From Alphaproteobacteria bacterium (lineage in GTDB: Bacteria > Pseudomonadota > Alphaproteobacteria > UBA828), in NCBI GenBank assembly GCA_965214705.1, contig CBDCCI010000002.1:2016001-2080000 (forward strand): a DNA stretch of 64,000 nt. Direction: 5' to 3'. How positions within the stretch are numbered: position 1 is the stretch's first letter; every line of letters begins with the position of its first letter. The position numbers were made by a program, and so were the translations under genes. Below, piece by piece: positions 30,119-40,456 of the stretch. Under the pieces are notes generated by a model. The model made no database searches, was not told the DNA's origin, and worked only from the letters and a program-made list of their open reading frames with translations.

Positions 30119-32494
30119 GTGACAGATAGTGAGCCGAGCGCGGCGGCCACGCCCGCCGATGTTCAGAAAACCCTGGAGAAGGTCGAGTACCAGGGGCGCC
30201 GGCAGGGGCCGCGCCTGGCACTGCTCATAAGTTTGCTTTGCTTCCTGTGGTCGGTCTACCAGCTGTGGATTGCCTCGCCTCTGCCCTTCATGTTCAATTT
30301 CGCCATTATCGGTGACGTGCCGGCACGCGGCATTCACCTGTCGTTCGCGCTGCTGCTCTGCTTCCTGATGTACCCGCTGACGCGCCGCTGGAGCGAGCGC
30401 GGACTGCCGCCCTGGGATATCCTCTGCGCGCTGGCCGGCTGCGTTGTGGCCCTCTACCTGTTCTTCGGTTGGGACGGCCTCGTCTCCCGCCACGGTCTCC
30501 TCTACGTCTGGAACGGTATCCCGGTCGAAGCCATCCTCGGCGGCGTCGGCATCCTGCTGCTGCTCGACGCGACGCGGCGCGCCATTGGGATACCGCTCGT
30601 CATCGTCTGCGCCGTCTTCCTGGTCTATTCGATTTTCGGCCAGTCGATGCCGGACGTCATCTCGCATAAGGGGCTGAGCCTGAACCGGCTGATCGGCTAT
30701 CAGTGGCTCACGGGCGAGGCGATCTTCGGCATTCCGCTCAGCGTCTCGGTCGGCTTCGTCTTCCTGTTCGTGCTGTTCGGCGCGTTGCTCGACAAGGCCG
30801 GCGCCGGGCAGTACTTCCTCGCGCTTTCCTTCGCCATGGTGGGACGCTTTACCGGCGGGCCGGCCAAGGCAGCAATTCTCGCGTCGGGCATGACCGGCAT
30901 GGTCTCCGGCTCGTCGATCGCCAACGTCGTCACGACCGGGACCTTCACGATTCCCGTCATGCGGCGGATCGGCATGCCCGCGGTCAAGGCCGGCGCCATC
31001 GAGGTCGCAGCGTCGACCAACGGCCAGCTCATGCCGCCGATCATGGGGGCGGCCGCCTTCATCATCGCCGAGTTCATCGGTATCTCTTATTTCGACGTGG
31101 TAGCGGCGGCAGCGATTCCCGCCGTGCTCAGCTATCTCGCGCTGCTCTACATCTCCCACCTGGAGGCCAAGAAACTCGGGCTCAAGGGTCTACCGCGGGT
31201 CGAGATTCCGCCGTTTCGCAAGACCTTTCTCAGCGGCGCCCACCACCTGATACCAATCTTCATTCTGGTCTATCTGCTAATGGTCGAGCGCTGGAGCGCG
31301 CACAGCGCAGTCTTCTACTCGATCCTCTCGGTGATGGTGATTATCGTCGTCAGACGGATCATCGCGTCCGTCCGCGGCGGCGGCCAGCCGATGGGCGAGG
31401 CAGTACGCGACGGCTTCACCGAAATCTACATCGGCATGGTCGCGGGCGCGCGCAACATGGTGGGAATCGCGGTTGCCGTCGCCGCCGCCGGCATCATCGT
31501 CGGCGCGGTTTCCTCGACCGGTCTCAACAATGCCATGGTGGGCGTCGTCGAGGCGATCGCCGGCGGCAACGTCTACATCCTGCTCGGACTGACCGCGATC
31601 CTCTGCATCATTCTCGGCATGGGCCTGCCGACCACCGCCAACTACCTCGTGGTCGCCTCCCTGCTGGCCGGCGTGCTGGTGGAGCTGGGCAATGCAGCGG
31701 GTCTTGTTTTGCCGCTGATCGCCATCCACCTCTATGTCTTCTATTACGGCTTGCTGGCGGATTCGACACCACCCGTCTGCCTTGCCGCCTTCGCGGCCTC
31801 GGCCATATCCAGAGCGGATCCGCTCAGGACTGGCGTGCAGTCTTTCATGTACGACATCCGCACGGCCATCCTGCCGCTGGTCTTCCTGTTCAACACGGAG
31901 CTGCTGCTGATCGGTGTGGAGAGTATCTGGCACGGTGCCCTGGTCGCGGTCATGTCGCTGCTCGCAATCCTCGCCTTCAGCTCGCTCACACAGGGCTGGA
32001 TGTTCGTCAAGGTGCGCTGGTACGAGGCGATTCTGCTGGCCGCCGCCTGCTTCATGCTGTTCCGCCCCGGCTTCTTCATGGATCATATCGCGCCGCCCTT
32101 TGAGCCGGTCGCGTTCCAGTCTTTCGTCTCCAGCACATTCACCCCGGAGCCTGGCCGCCAGGTCCGCCTGCACGTGACGCGGGAGACCGACTACGGCGAG
32201 CGCTACAAGCTATTCGTGCTGGAGACTCCGGTGGAGCAGGCAACGACGCCGGCGGAGACCTTCGGCGTCGGGCTCGAGCAGGAAGAGGACGGCCGCTACG
32301 CCGTGGTCGACCTCGCCTGGAACGGGATGGCGGAGCAGGCCGGTATCGACTGGGGCGATTACGTCACGGGCGTGGACGTGGAGCAGACCGACCTGCCGCC
32401 CAAGGAACTGATCTATCCCGCCGGCCTCGCGTTGCTGGGCCTGGTCTTCCTGTCGCAACTCGTGCGTGGGAGGCGTGCCGCCCGCGCGTCATAG
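30119..32494 (+). CDS. TRAP transporter fused 4TM/12TM permease
   Basis: GGPAKAAI, SGSSIANVVTTG, MPPIMGAAAF, LGMGLPTTANY, TPPV. Confidence 0.92.
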   Translation: MTDSEPSAAATPADVQKTLEKVEYQGRRQGPRLALLISLLCFLWSVYQLWIASPLPFMFNFAIIGDVPARGIHLSFALLLCFLMYPLTRRWSERGLPPWDILCALAGCVVALYLFFGWDGLVSRHGLLYVWNGIPVEAILGGVGILLLLDATRRAIGIPLVIVCAVFLVYSIFGQSMPDVISHKGLSLNRLIGYQWLTGEAIFGIPLSVSVGFVFLFVLFGALLDKAGAGQYFLALSFAMVGRFTGGPAKAAILASGMTGMVSGSSIANVVTTGTFTIPVMRRIGMPAVKAGAIEVAASTNGQLMPPIMGAAAFIIAEFIGISYFDVVAAAAIPAVLSYLALLYISHLEAKKLGLKGLPRVEIPPFRKTFLSGAHHLIPIFILVYLLMVERWSAHSAVFYSILSVMVIIVVRRIIASVRGGGQPMGEAVRDGFTEIYIGMVAGARNMVGIAVAVAAAGIIVGAVSSTGLNNAMVGVVEAIAGGNVYILLGLTAILCIILGMGLPTTANYLVVASLLAGVLVELGNAAGLVLPLIAIHLYVFYYGLLADSTPPVCLAAFAASAISRADPLRTGVQSFMYDIRTAILPLVFLFNTELLLIGVESIWHGALVAVMSLLAILAFSSLTQGWMFVKVRWYEAILLAAACFMLFRPGFFMDHIAPPFEPVAFQSFVSSTFTPEPGRQVRLHVTRETDYGERYKLFVLETPVEQATTPAETFGVGLEQEEDGRYAVVDLAWNGMAEQAGIDWGDYVTGVDVEQTDLPPKELIYPAGLALLGLVFLSQLVRGRRAARAS

Positions 32495-32534
32495 TGACGG
32501 GCGCGGTCGGCACGGCTGCGCCCTACCCCACCCT

Positions 32535-34583
32535 CTACAACGTCCGGCAGAGGCGGAAGGCGTCGAGCACGGCGGCATAGATGTTGCGGCTGGAGACCGC
32601 GTCGCCAACGCGAAAGAGCCGGAAGCCTCCGTCCGCAGCCCCCGGCTGCGGCGCGCCCGCGAGCAGGGCCTTCTGATCCACCACGCCGCGGTTGGACGCG
32701 TGATCTGCCAGCCCGTGAAAGAGCGCGTCGGCGGGGCGCGTCCCGTGCTCGACCACGATCCGCCCGGTCTCGTGTTCCTCCGCTTGGTCGGTGAGCTCGT
32801 TGCGGAATGTCACGCGCAGCCGGTTGCCGTCGCGTTGGACGCGCTCCAGGCGTCGGTCGAGCCGGGGCTCGATGCCGAGCTCATAGGTGCGCCGGCGCCA
32901 GATGACCTGCTCCGCGTAGGACATCTCCATCGCGAGATGGCCATCGAGGCCGAAGAAAGCGACCTCACCGCCGGCTTGCCTGATCGCCTCCGCCGCCGTG
33001 AGCGCCGCATGGCGGCCGGTCCCGTCATAGACGATCGAGTCCTCGGCGGCGTTTGCCGCGCCCGAGAGAATGTCCCGGACGCTGGTGCAGTGCTCCGCGC
33101 CCTCGATCCAGTCGAGGTCGGGAACGCCGCCGGTCGCCACGATGACGACGTCGGCATCGTCCAGGGCAATCGTGCTCGGCTCGATGGGTGAGTTGAGGCG
33201 CACCGCGACACCGAGCCGTTCCAGTTCGCGGGCTCGCCACTCGACGATACCCGTGAGTTCGCCGCGCCAGCTTGCCTGCGCCGCCAGCAGCACCTGTCCG
33301 CCGAGCCGCCCTGCTGCCTCGCAAAGCCGTACGTCGTGGCCGCGCTCAGCGCACACCCTGGCGGCCTCCAGCCCGGCCGGCCCTCCGCCCGCGACCAGTA
33401 CGCGGCGCTTCGTCGTCGCTCGATCGATCGCGTGCGGCAACGCAGACTCGTGGCCGGTGGAGGGATTGTGAATGCAGGTCGGCCGCAGCGGGCTCATGCA
33501 ATGGGTCGCGCCCACACAGGGGCGCACGCGCGTCTCCTCGCCGCGCGCGAGCTTGGCCACCAGCTCGGGGTCCGCAATGTGCGCGCGGGTCATCGCCACC
33601 ATGTTGAGCAGCCCGTCGCGGATCGCGTGCCGCGCCATCTCCAGCGAGGTGATGCGCGTGGCATGAAAGACCGGAAGCCCCACCGCCTGCTTGAAGGCGC
33701 CGGCGCGGGCCAGGAACGGCGCCTCGGGCGAGGCCATACCCGGCATGCAGTCTGCCGCGAGCTTGAACTCCGTGTCGATGCGGCCGTAGATCGCGTTGAA
33801 GAAGTCGATGGTACCCGACGCCTCGAAGATGGCGGCGATTTTCAGGCCGTCCTCGAACGTGAGGTGGTTCGGGCCTGCCTCGTCGATCACGAAGCGGATG
33901 CCGACGACGAAGTCGTCGCCGACGCGTTTGCGGATCGTCTCGTGCACCATCAGCCCGAAGCGGCAGCGGTTTTCGACAGAGCCGCCGAACTTGTCGGTGC
34001 GCTGATTGGTAGCGGGCGAGAGGAACTGGCCGATCAGGTGCGCGCCGGCGAATGTCTCGATGCCGTCGAGCCCACCCTCCTTGCACCGCGCCGCCGCCTC
34101 GGCGAAGTCGGCCACCACGCGCGCGATGTCGTGCTCGTCCATCTCCCTGGCGAAGGCCCGGTGCAGGGTCTCGCGCACGGGCGACGGGCCGATGGGCGCA
34201 AGCGCCGCCCCGGCGTAGGACTCGCCCCGCCCGCCGACATGACTCACCTGGCACATCAGAGCTGCGCCGTGGGCGTGGATGCGCCGCGAGAACCGCTGAA
34301 AATGCTCGACCACGCGCTCGTCGTACAGGTTGATTTGCGGTAGCTGCCACGCGGACTCGGGCGATACGTTCGACGAGCCGCCGAACATGGTGAGCGCCAG
34401 CCCGCCTCTCGCCTTCGCCTCGTGGTAGCGCTGGTATCGCTCGCTCGGCATGCCATCCTCGACCAGCCCGCACGCGTGGCTGGTGCTCATGATGCGGTTC
34501 TTGAGAGTGAGGTGCTTCAGTCTGAAGGGCTGCAGCAGCGGATCGCTTGTAGCGTCATGAGATACCGGCGCCGTTTCGGTCAT
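32535..34583 (-). CDS. NADH:flavin oxidoreductase (OYE/TMADH-like, N-methyl demethylase-like)
   Basis: LKNRIMSTSHA, QFLSP..NQRTD.FGGS.ENR, RPCVGATHC, GGGPAGLEAA. Confidence 0.85.
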   Translation of the reverse strand: MTETAPVSHDATSDPLLQPFRLKHLTLKNRIMSTSHACGLVEDGMPSERYQRYHEAKARGGLALTMFGGSSNVSPESAWQLPQINLYDERVVEHFQRFSRRIHAHGAALMCQVSHVGGRGESYAGAALAPIGPSPVRETLHRAFAREMDEHDIARVVADFAEAAARCKEGGLDGIETFAGAHLIGQFLSPATNQRTDKFGGSVENRCRFGLMVHETIRKRVGDDFVVGIRFVIDEAGPNHLTFEDGLKIAAIFEASGTIDFFNAIYGRIDTEFKLAADCMPGMASPEAPFLARAGAFKQAVGLPVFHATRITSLEMARHAIRDGLLNMVAMTRAHIADPELVAKLARGEETRVRPCVGATHCMSPLRPTCIHNPSTGHESALPHAIDRATTKRRVLVAGGGPAGLEAARVCAERGHDVRLCEAAGRLGGQVLLAAQASWRGELTGIVEWRARELERLGVAVRLNSPIEPSTIALDDADVVIVATGGVPDLDWIEGAEHCTSVRDILSGAANAAEDSIVYDGTGRHAALTAAEAIRQAGGEVAFFGLDGHLAMEMSYAEQVIWRRRTYELGIEPRLDRRLERVQRDGNRLRVTFRNELTDQAEEHETGRIVVEHGTRPADALFHGLADHASNRGVVDQKALLAGAPQPGAADGGFRLFRVGDAVSSRNIYAAVLDAFRLCRTL

Positions 34584-35063
34584 GTTCCTGCTCTCCACTA
34601 CAAGGCGCGCACCTGTCGTCTATCGGCGCGTGCAGGATAGCCGCGCCGGGTTCCGGCAGCGACCGTGGGCCTCCGGAATCAGGTTGCGCACTTTCGATAA
34701 CCCTGCGCCAAATGCGCCGCCTCCTCTCCTGAGCCTGACGCATGGAACGGTATCTCGGGCGCCTGGGCGCCGCCGCCTTCGAGGACGTGCCGCACTTCGG
34801 GCACTACGACGTGGTGGTCGTCGGCGGCGGGCCGGCCGGGATCGCCGCGTCCACCACCGCTGCCGTACTGGGCCACAAGACACTCCTGATCGAGCGCAGG
34901 GCGAATTTGTCCAAGCCTGATTTTTGAGTTCTGCGCTACGAGTTGACCTTGGGTCTGGTCAGCGCGCGCCAACCCTGCTATGGATTGAGGCGACTGGATT
35001 CGCGGTGTTCTGCTGCGGATCGGCTTCGAGCAGGGGGACGGTTTCTACGGTGGATCTTTCCGA

Positions 35064-37159
35064 CCCATCTTTGCCACTTTTCGGTCCCGAAGGCCTGATT
35101 TTGGGTAGCCTTTGGGATCTAAGGCACTGATTTTGTTGGATTGTGTTTTGGGAAGTCCATTGTAGTGCCATAATCTTTGGTCTGTGGGCCGGCGCTCCTT
35201 GACAGTCCGCAAACTGTCCGTGACCCTGCCGCCATGTTCATTCGCAAAACCCTCACCGGTCGCGGAGACGGTGGCGAGCGCTATGCCACCTACCGCCTCG
35301 TGCGCAGCGAACGCATCGGCGGAAGGGTGCGCCAGGTCACGCTCCTCAATCTCGGCGCCGACTTCGGTGTGCCCGAGGAGCAATGGCGCGAATTGGCGCT
35401 TCTGATCGAAACCCTTCTCGCCGGCAGCGAGCCGCTGCTGGAGCCGGATGCCGCCTTGCGCCCCGTCGCCGAGGACGTCGTACGGCGGCTTCACGCCCGC
35501 GATCTCGGCGCGTCGCGGCCCGGGGACGAGAGCGACCTGGCCACGGTCCGTCTCGATAGCCTCTCCCACGAACAGGTCCGCTCGGTGGGCTGCGAGCGCC
35601 TGGCTCTCGCCGCGCTTGACGACCTTCGCTTCATCGAGACGCTGGAGAGGCTGGGCGCAAGTGAGCGCGACGCACGCATCGCGGCGGCACTGGTGGTCGC
35701 GCGCATGATCCATCCCTCCAGCGAGCGCGAGGCCTTCCGCTGGCTGAGCGCGAACAGCGCGACCCTGGAGTTGCTCGATGTCGACAGCGGCAAGTCGCTC
35801 ACGCTCAGCAAGCTCTACCGCATCGGCGACCTCTTGTGGCGTCACCGCGCGGCGCTTGAAGAGGCGCTGTGCGCCCGGGAGCGCGATCTCTTCGGCATCC
35901 CCGACACCATCGTCTTCTTCGACCTGACCAACACCCATATGACCGGACGGCCCAGCTCCGCGCTGGCCCGCTTCGGGCGCTCGAAGCAGAGGCGTGACGA
36001 TTGTCCGATCGTGACCCTGGCCCTGTCGCTGAACCAGGCCGGCTTTCCGCAGCACAGCGAGATCCTGCCCGGCAACATCTCCGAGCCGGCCACTCTCGCC
36101 GACGCCATCGGGCGGCTGGAATGCCAAGCGCGCGGCAGCAACGCCCCCAGGCCCACGGTCATCATGGACGCCGGCATCTCCACCGAGGCCAACCTCGCCT
36201 GGCTGCGGGCGGGCGGCTATCACTGGATCACCGTTCGCCGCGGCGTCTCGGCGCCGCCCGGGCGCGAAGCCGATGCCGCCTTCGAAACCCGGGCCGGCCA
36301 CGATGCCCGCGCCTGGCGTCTCGCGGCAGGGGACGACGAAGCGCACCTGTGCGTCTGGAGCCATGAGCGCCAGCAGAAGGACGAGGCCGTGCTCGCCCGT
36401 CAGCGTCACAACTTCGAGGACGCCCTGCGCGCCCTGCATGGCGGGCTGTCGAAGAAGAACCACATCAAGCAGTTCACCAAGGTGATGGAGAAGCTGGGCC
36501 GGCTGAAGGAAAGGTACAGGCGCGTCCACCGTCAGTACGACATCGAGGTCGAGCCCGGAGAGAAGGGGCGGGCCAGTGCGGTCCGCTGGAGGCGCAACGC
36601 TCTCCATGCCGAGCGCGACCGCCAAGCGGGCATCTATGTGCTGCGCACCAGCCACGTCGAGTGGGATCTTGAAACCGTGGTCCGAACCTACTGGAAGCTC
36701 ACAGAGCTCGAGGCCACCTTCCGCAGCCTGAAATCCGAAATCGGCCTGCGCCCGGTCTGGCACTCCAAGACCTCGCGCATCGCCGCCCACCTGTTCATCG
36801 CCGTCCTCGCCTACCACGCGGTTCATCTGCTGCGAACCCGTCTGGCGGCGCACGGCTTGCATGACCGCTGGAGTACGATCCGCGACAAGCTCGCGGGCTG
36901 GGTGCGTCTCACCTCCACCATCCGGGAGGTGGACGGAAACCGCATCGTCATCCGCCAGGATGCTCAACCCGACGCCGAGGCGCGCGTCATCGCGCAGGCG
37001 GCGGGCCTCACGGTGGATCCCCACAGGCGCCGGGCGGTGCTCCCGGGAGTGTCGCGATGAGCGCACAAACGTAGTGCCATAATCCCAGATGGGCCAGAAA
37101 ATCAGCCCATCATCGCAACTACTTAGGTCGCAGGCGCGCGCCAAAATGGCAAAGATGGG
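35064..37159 (+). mobile_element. IS1634-like element
   Basis: IR CCCATCTTTGCCA; TSD CCGA (35060-35063, 37160-37163); subterminal GTAGTGCCATAATC near both ends. Confidence 0.88.
35234..37060 (+). CDS. IS1634-family transposase
   Basis: FFDLTNT, FGRSKQRRDDCP, PGN.SE, MDAGI, EATFRSLKSE.GLRPVWH, AHLFIAVLAY. Confidence 0.9.
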   Translation: MFIRKTLTGRGDGGERYATYRLVRSERIGGRVRQVTLLNLGADFGVPEEQWRELALLIETLLAGSEPLLEPDAALRPVAEDVVRRLHARDLGASRPGDESDLATVRLDSLSHEQVRSVGCERLALAALDDLRFIETLERLGASERDARIAAALVVARMIHPSSEREAFRWLSANSATLELLDVDSGKSLTLSKLYRIGDLLWRHRAALEEALCARERDLFGIPDTIVFFDLTNTHMTGRPSSALARFGRSKQRRDDCPIVTLALSLNQAGFPQHSEILPGNISEPATLADAIGRLECQARGSNAPRPTVIMDAGISTEANLAWLRAGGYHWITVRRGVSAPPGREADAAFETRAGHDARAWRLAAGDDEAHLCVWSHERQQKDEAVLARQRHNFEDALRALHGGLSKKNHIKQFTKVMEKLGRLKERYRRVHRQYDIEVEPGEKGRASAVRWRRNALHAERDRQAGIYVLRTSHVEWDLETVVRTYWKLTELEATFRSLKSEIGLRPVWHSKTSRIAAHLFIAVLAYHAVHLLRTRLAAHGLHDRWSTIRDKLAGWVRLTSTIREVDGNRIVIRQDAQPDAEARVIAQAAGLTVDPHRRRAVLPGVSR

Positions 37160-38208
37160 CCGAGGTCGATGTCGCTGCTGTCCGGCCGGAGGACGAGGCC
37201 CGGTTCCGCGCGCTGATGGAGGGGCATCACTACCTGGGTGCGTCTGCGAAGGTGGGGGCGACGGCGTGGTACGTCGCCCATCGGCGCGGCGAGTGGCTGG
37301 CGCTGGCCGTGTTTTCGGCTGCGGCGCGCAAGTGCCGGGCGCGGGACGAGTGGATCGGCTGGGACTTCCGCACGCAGCACGGGCGGCTGCATCTGATCGC
37401 GAACAACGCGCGCTTCCTGATCCTGCCGGGACGGGGTGTTCCGAACCTCGGCTCGCGGGTGCTGGGGCTTTGCGCGCGGCGCTTGGCGCGCGACTGGCCG
37501 GCCCGCTTCGGCCACCCCGTGCTGATGCTGGAAACATTCGTGGACGCGGCGAGGTTCCGGGGCACGGTCTACCGGGCGGCTGGATGGCTGGCGGTCGGCC
37601 AGACCCGCGGCTTCCGGCGCCACCGCTCGGGCTATGTCGCCGGCTCGACGCCGAAGCTTGTGCTGCTGCGCCCCCTGGTTCCCGACGCCTGCCGCCGGCT
37701 GTCCGCTGCCGGGCTGGATCGGGAGTTGTGGAAGAAAGGAGTTCCGAGAACCATGATCAGCGCCGCTCAGCAAGAGTCGCTCTACGCCTACTTCAAGGAC
37801 ATCGACGACCCCCGCACGCGCAAGGGACGGCGGCATTCGCTGCCCAGCGTGCTCGCGCTTGCGAGTGGCGCGACGCTCTGCGGCATGCGAGGCTGGAAGG
37901 CCATGTCCGAGTGGGTCGACGATCTCGGCGAGAAGGCGCTGGCCCGCTTCGGCGTGCGGCTGCGCGACGGGGTGCGCCGGCCGCCTTCGATGTCGACCAT
38001 CCGCAATGTGGTGATCCGGGTGGACCCGGACCAGTTGGACGAGGCGTTGCGCAAGTGGCAGGAGGCCCACGGCTCAGGCGACGCGGCGCTTGCCATCGAC
38101 GGCAAGACCCTGAGGGGGGCCATCGACGAGGACGGGACCCAGGCTCATGTCATGAGCGCGGTCGGGCACGAGACCAAGGCCACGCTCGCCCAAAAAAACT
38201 TCTCCTGA
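37160..38208 (+). CDS. DUF4338/DruA-like domain plus DDE-associated HTH (ORF A); 5' end (GTG near 35050) cut off by IS1634
   Basis: HHYLG, RDEWIGW, NNARFLILP..PNLGS, ETFVD..RFRGTVYRAAGW, then DPR.RKGRRH and IDGKTLRG; removing the IS restores VDLSEVDVAAVRPEDEARFRALMEGHHYL. Confidence 0.8.
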
Positions 38209-38942
38209 AAGTCGGGGCCGACGAGGAGACAAAGCGCACCAACGAGATCGGCACCGTGACGGCGCTGGTGGACCTGATCCCGAACATCGCGGGCAAGACG
38301 GTCACGACGGACGCGCTGCTAACCCAGCGCAAGTTCGCCCGCTACCTGCTCGACCGGGGCGCGCACTTCATGTTCATCGTGAAAGGGAACCAGAAGACCA
38401 TGCGGGACGATGTGACGCTGCTCTTCGAAGAGGCGCCGGAGCGTGAGCCCGACTTCGAGGAGGAGGCTGCGCTGTCGCACGGACGCATCGAGCAGCGGGC
38501 AATCTGGACGAGCACGGAGTTGAACGGCTTTCTCGACTTCCCGGGCGTCGGCCAGGTCTTCATGATCGAGCGCTCCCGCCAGGACAAGAAGACCGGCGAG
38601 ACCGGCACCGAGACCGCCTACGGGATCTCCAGCCACACGCCCGGCACGGCCAACGCGCAGAGCCTGCTCGCCCTCAACCGCGGCCACTGGTGCATCGAGA
38701 ACAGCTCGCACCACTGCCTCGACTGGACCTGGGACGAGGACCGCAGCCGCATACGCACAGGCTTCGGCCCCGAGAACATGACCCGCCTGCGGCGCTTCGC
38801 CATCGGCCTGATCAAGGGCCGGGGGCTCGAGGTCGCCTCGACCGTGCGCAGGCTCGCCCGCAACGTCCGCGCCGTCCTCGACTTCCTGAAAATGACCGGG
38901 AACACCCAGCCGAGGACCGCAAAGCGCGCCGCGCCGGCCTGA
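38193..38942 (+). CDS. ISAs1 transposase catalytic part reached by -1 frameshift (ORF B)
   Basis: Slippery A AAA AAC at 38193-38199; -1 frame gives KRTNEI, TTDALLTQ, VKGNQ, HGRIEQR, RGHWCIEN, DEDRSR. Confidence 0.8.
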   Translation, partial: KKLLLKVGADEETKRTNEIGTVTALVDLIPNIAGKTVTTDALLTQRKFARYLLDRGAHFMFIVKGNQKTMRDDVTLLFEEAPEREPDFEEEAALSHGRIEQRAIWTSTELNGFLDFPGVGQVFMIERSRQDKKTGETGTETAYGISSHTPGTANAQSLLALNRGHWCIENSSHHCLDWTWDEDRSRIRTGFGPENMTRLRRFAIGLIKGRGLEVASTVRRLARNVRAVLDFLKMTGNTQPRTAKRAAPA

Positions 38943-40456
38943 ACCCCGGCGCCCGGCAAGCCGGGCGCAAAGATCGTACCTGCCCTCGCTCCCGACCACG
39001 CCGGTGGCGCGATCCATCATGTCGGGGCACCGCCAAATCGCGACGGCACCGCCCGCACCGCCCACACGGTAATGCCAGAACCGTCTGACCGAACCGGATG
39101 CTCGGCCAGACCCCGCCGCAAACCCCGTAACAAAGCCGATCCGCACAACCCGTGGCCAGAACTCAACCGCCTACCAGCCGCTTGGACAAATTTGCCCTGG
39201 ATCGAGCGTCTGGGCTATTGCGGGGGCGCGGCGGTCTCCGGCATGTCGGGCACCGTTTGCGGGCTCTACATGACGGTGGACGAGCCGCGCATGGCGCAGC
39301 CGCAGCAGGTCATCTTCGGCTTCGCCGAGCGTTTTCGCGCGGCGCTCGAGGCCGAGGGCGGCGTCACCCGGCCGCAGATTTACGGCAAGACCTGGGTCGT
39401 CACGCACGACTGCGCCACGTACAAGCGCGTCGCCACCGATCTCGTGCGCGGTGCCGGCGTGGATGCCCTCTATCACACCCAGATGATCGACGTGATCGTC
39501 GAGGACGACGCCCTCGCCGGCCTCGTCCTCCACACCAAGTCCGGTTACACCAGAGTGAGCGCCGAGCGGGTCATCGACGCCAGCGGCGATGCCGATGCCG
39601 TCTTCAAGATGGGTTTGCACACGACCAAGGGCAACAACGGTGTCATCCAAAATCCAACGATGATGTTCAAGATCGGCAATGTCGATGTCGAGCGCTATCT
39701 CGACTATTGGGGGGAGGATACTATTTCGCCGCCCAAGGTCATTTCGATGCTGGAAGCGCGCGATGAACTCGTGCGCAAGAAAGTTTGGTTGTTTCCCACC
39801 GTCAATCCGCGCGAACTCTTGGTCAACGCGACCAAGATTACCGGCTTCGATGGGCGCGCGCTCGATGTGACAGATCCGGTGGATCATACCGAGGCTGAGC
39901 AGTTTTCCATCTATCAAGCACGAGCCTTTTTCGATTTTCTCAAAAAGCACGTTCCCGGCTGCGAAGACGCCTATTTCATCGATTACGGTGCGGAAGTCGG
40001 CGTGCGTCAGACCCGCTCCATCGACGGCATGGCGCGCCTCATGAACAGCGATGTGGTGGGCACGAGCAAGAGGGCCGACGCCATCGCCCGCTCCAGCTGG
40101 CCGATCGAGCTTCACTACGGCGCCAAGCCGAAGACGGAATGGCTGGTCGACGACTACTACGAGGTGCCCTTTGGCACCCTGGTGCCCAAGGAAGGCCGTA
40201 ACGTCATCGTCGCCGGCCGCTGCCTCAGCGCCGAGCATGAAGCGCTGGCGAGCTGCCGCGTCACGGCGCAATGCTTCGAGTACGGCCGCGCTGCTGCGAT
40301 CGCCGCCGACATGTCCATCAGGGACGACTTGGCATTTCAAGAGATCGACGGCATAGCGGTCGCCGGGCGAATGAAGGCCGGAACATTTGTATAGAAATAA
40401 AATTCATTTTTAAGTGATGATTACGTGAATTTCTTCACTTGGTGAGATAGCATCCC

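Larger units (their letters stand above)
34897..39199 (+). mobile_element. ISAs1-family element with DUF4338-like domain, containing a nested IS1634
   Basis: IR CAGGGCRAATTTGTCCAAGC at both ends; 9-bp TSD GATCGAGCG (34888-34896, 39200-39208). Confidence 0.9.
34742..40394 (+). pseudogene. FAD-dependent oxidoreductase split by ISAs1::IS1634 (pieces 34742-34896 and 39209-40394)
   Basis: VVVVGGGPAG...LLIER resumes as (IER)LGYCGG...IDASGDAD...AGRCLS after the duplicated GATCGAGCG. Confidence 0.85.

Noticed and set aside
37160-38208. Druantia defence system
   Set aside because: The DruA-like domains lie inside ISAs1 elements; no DruE helicase or other dru genes in the window
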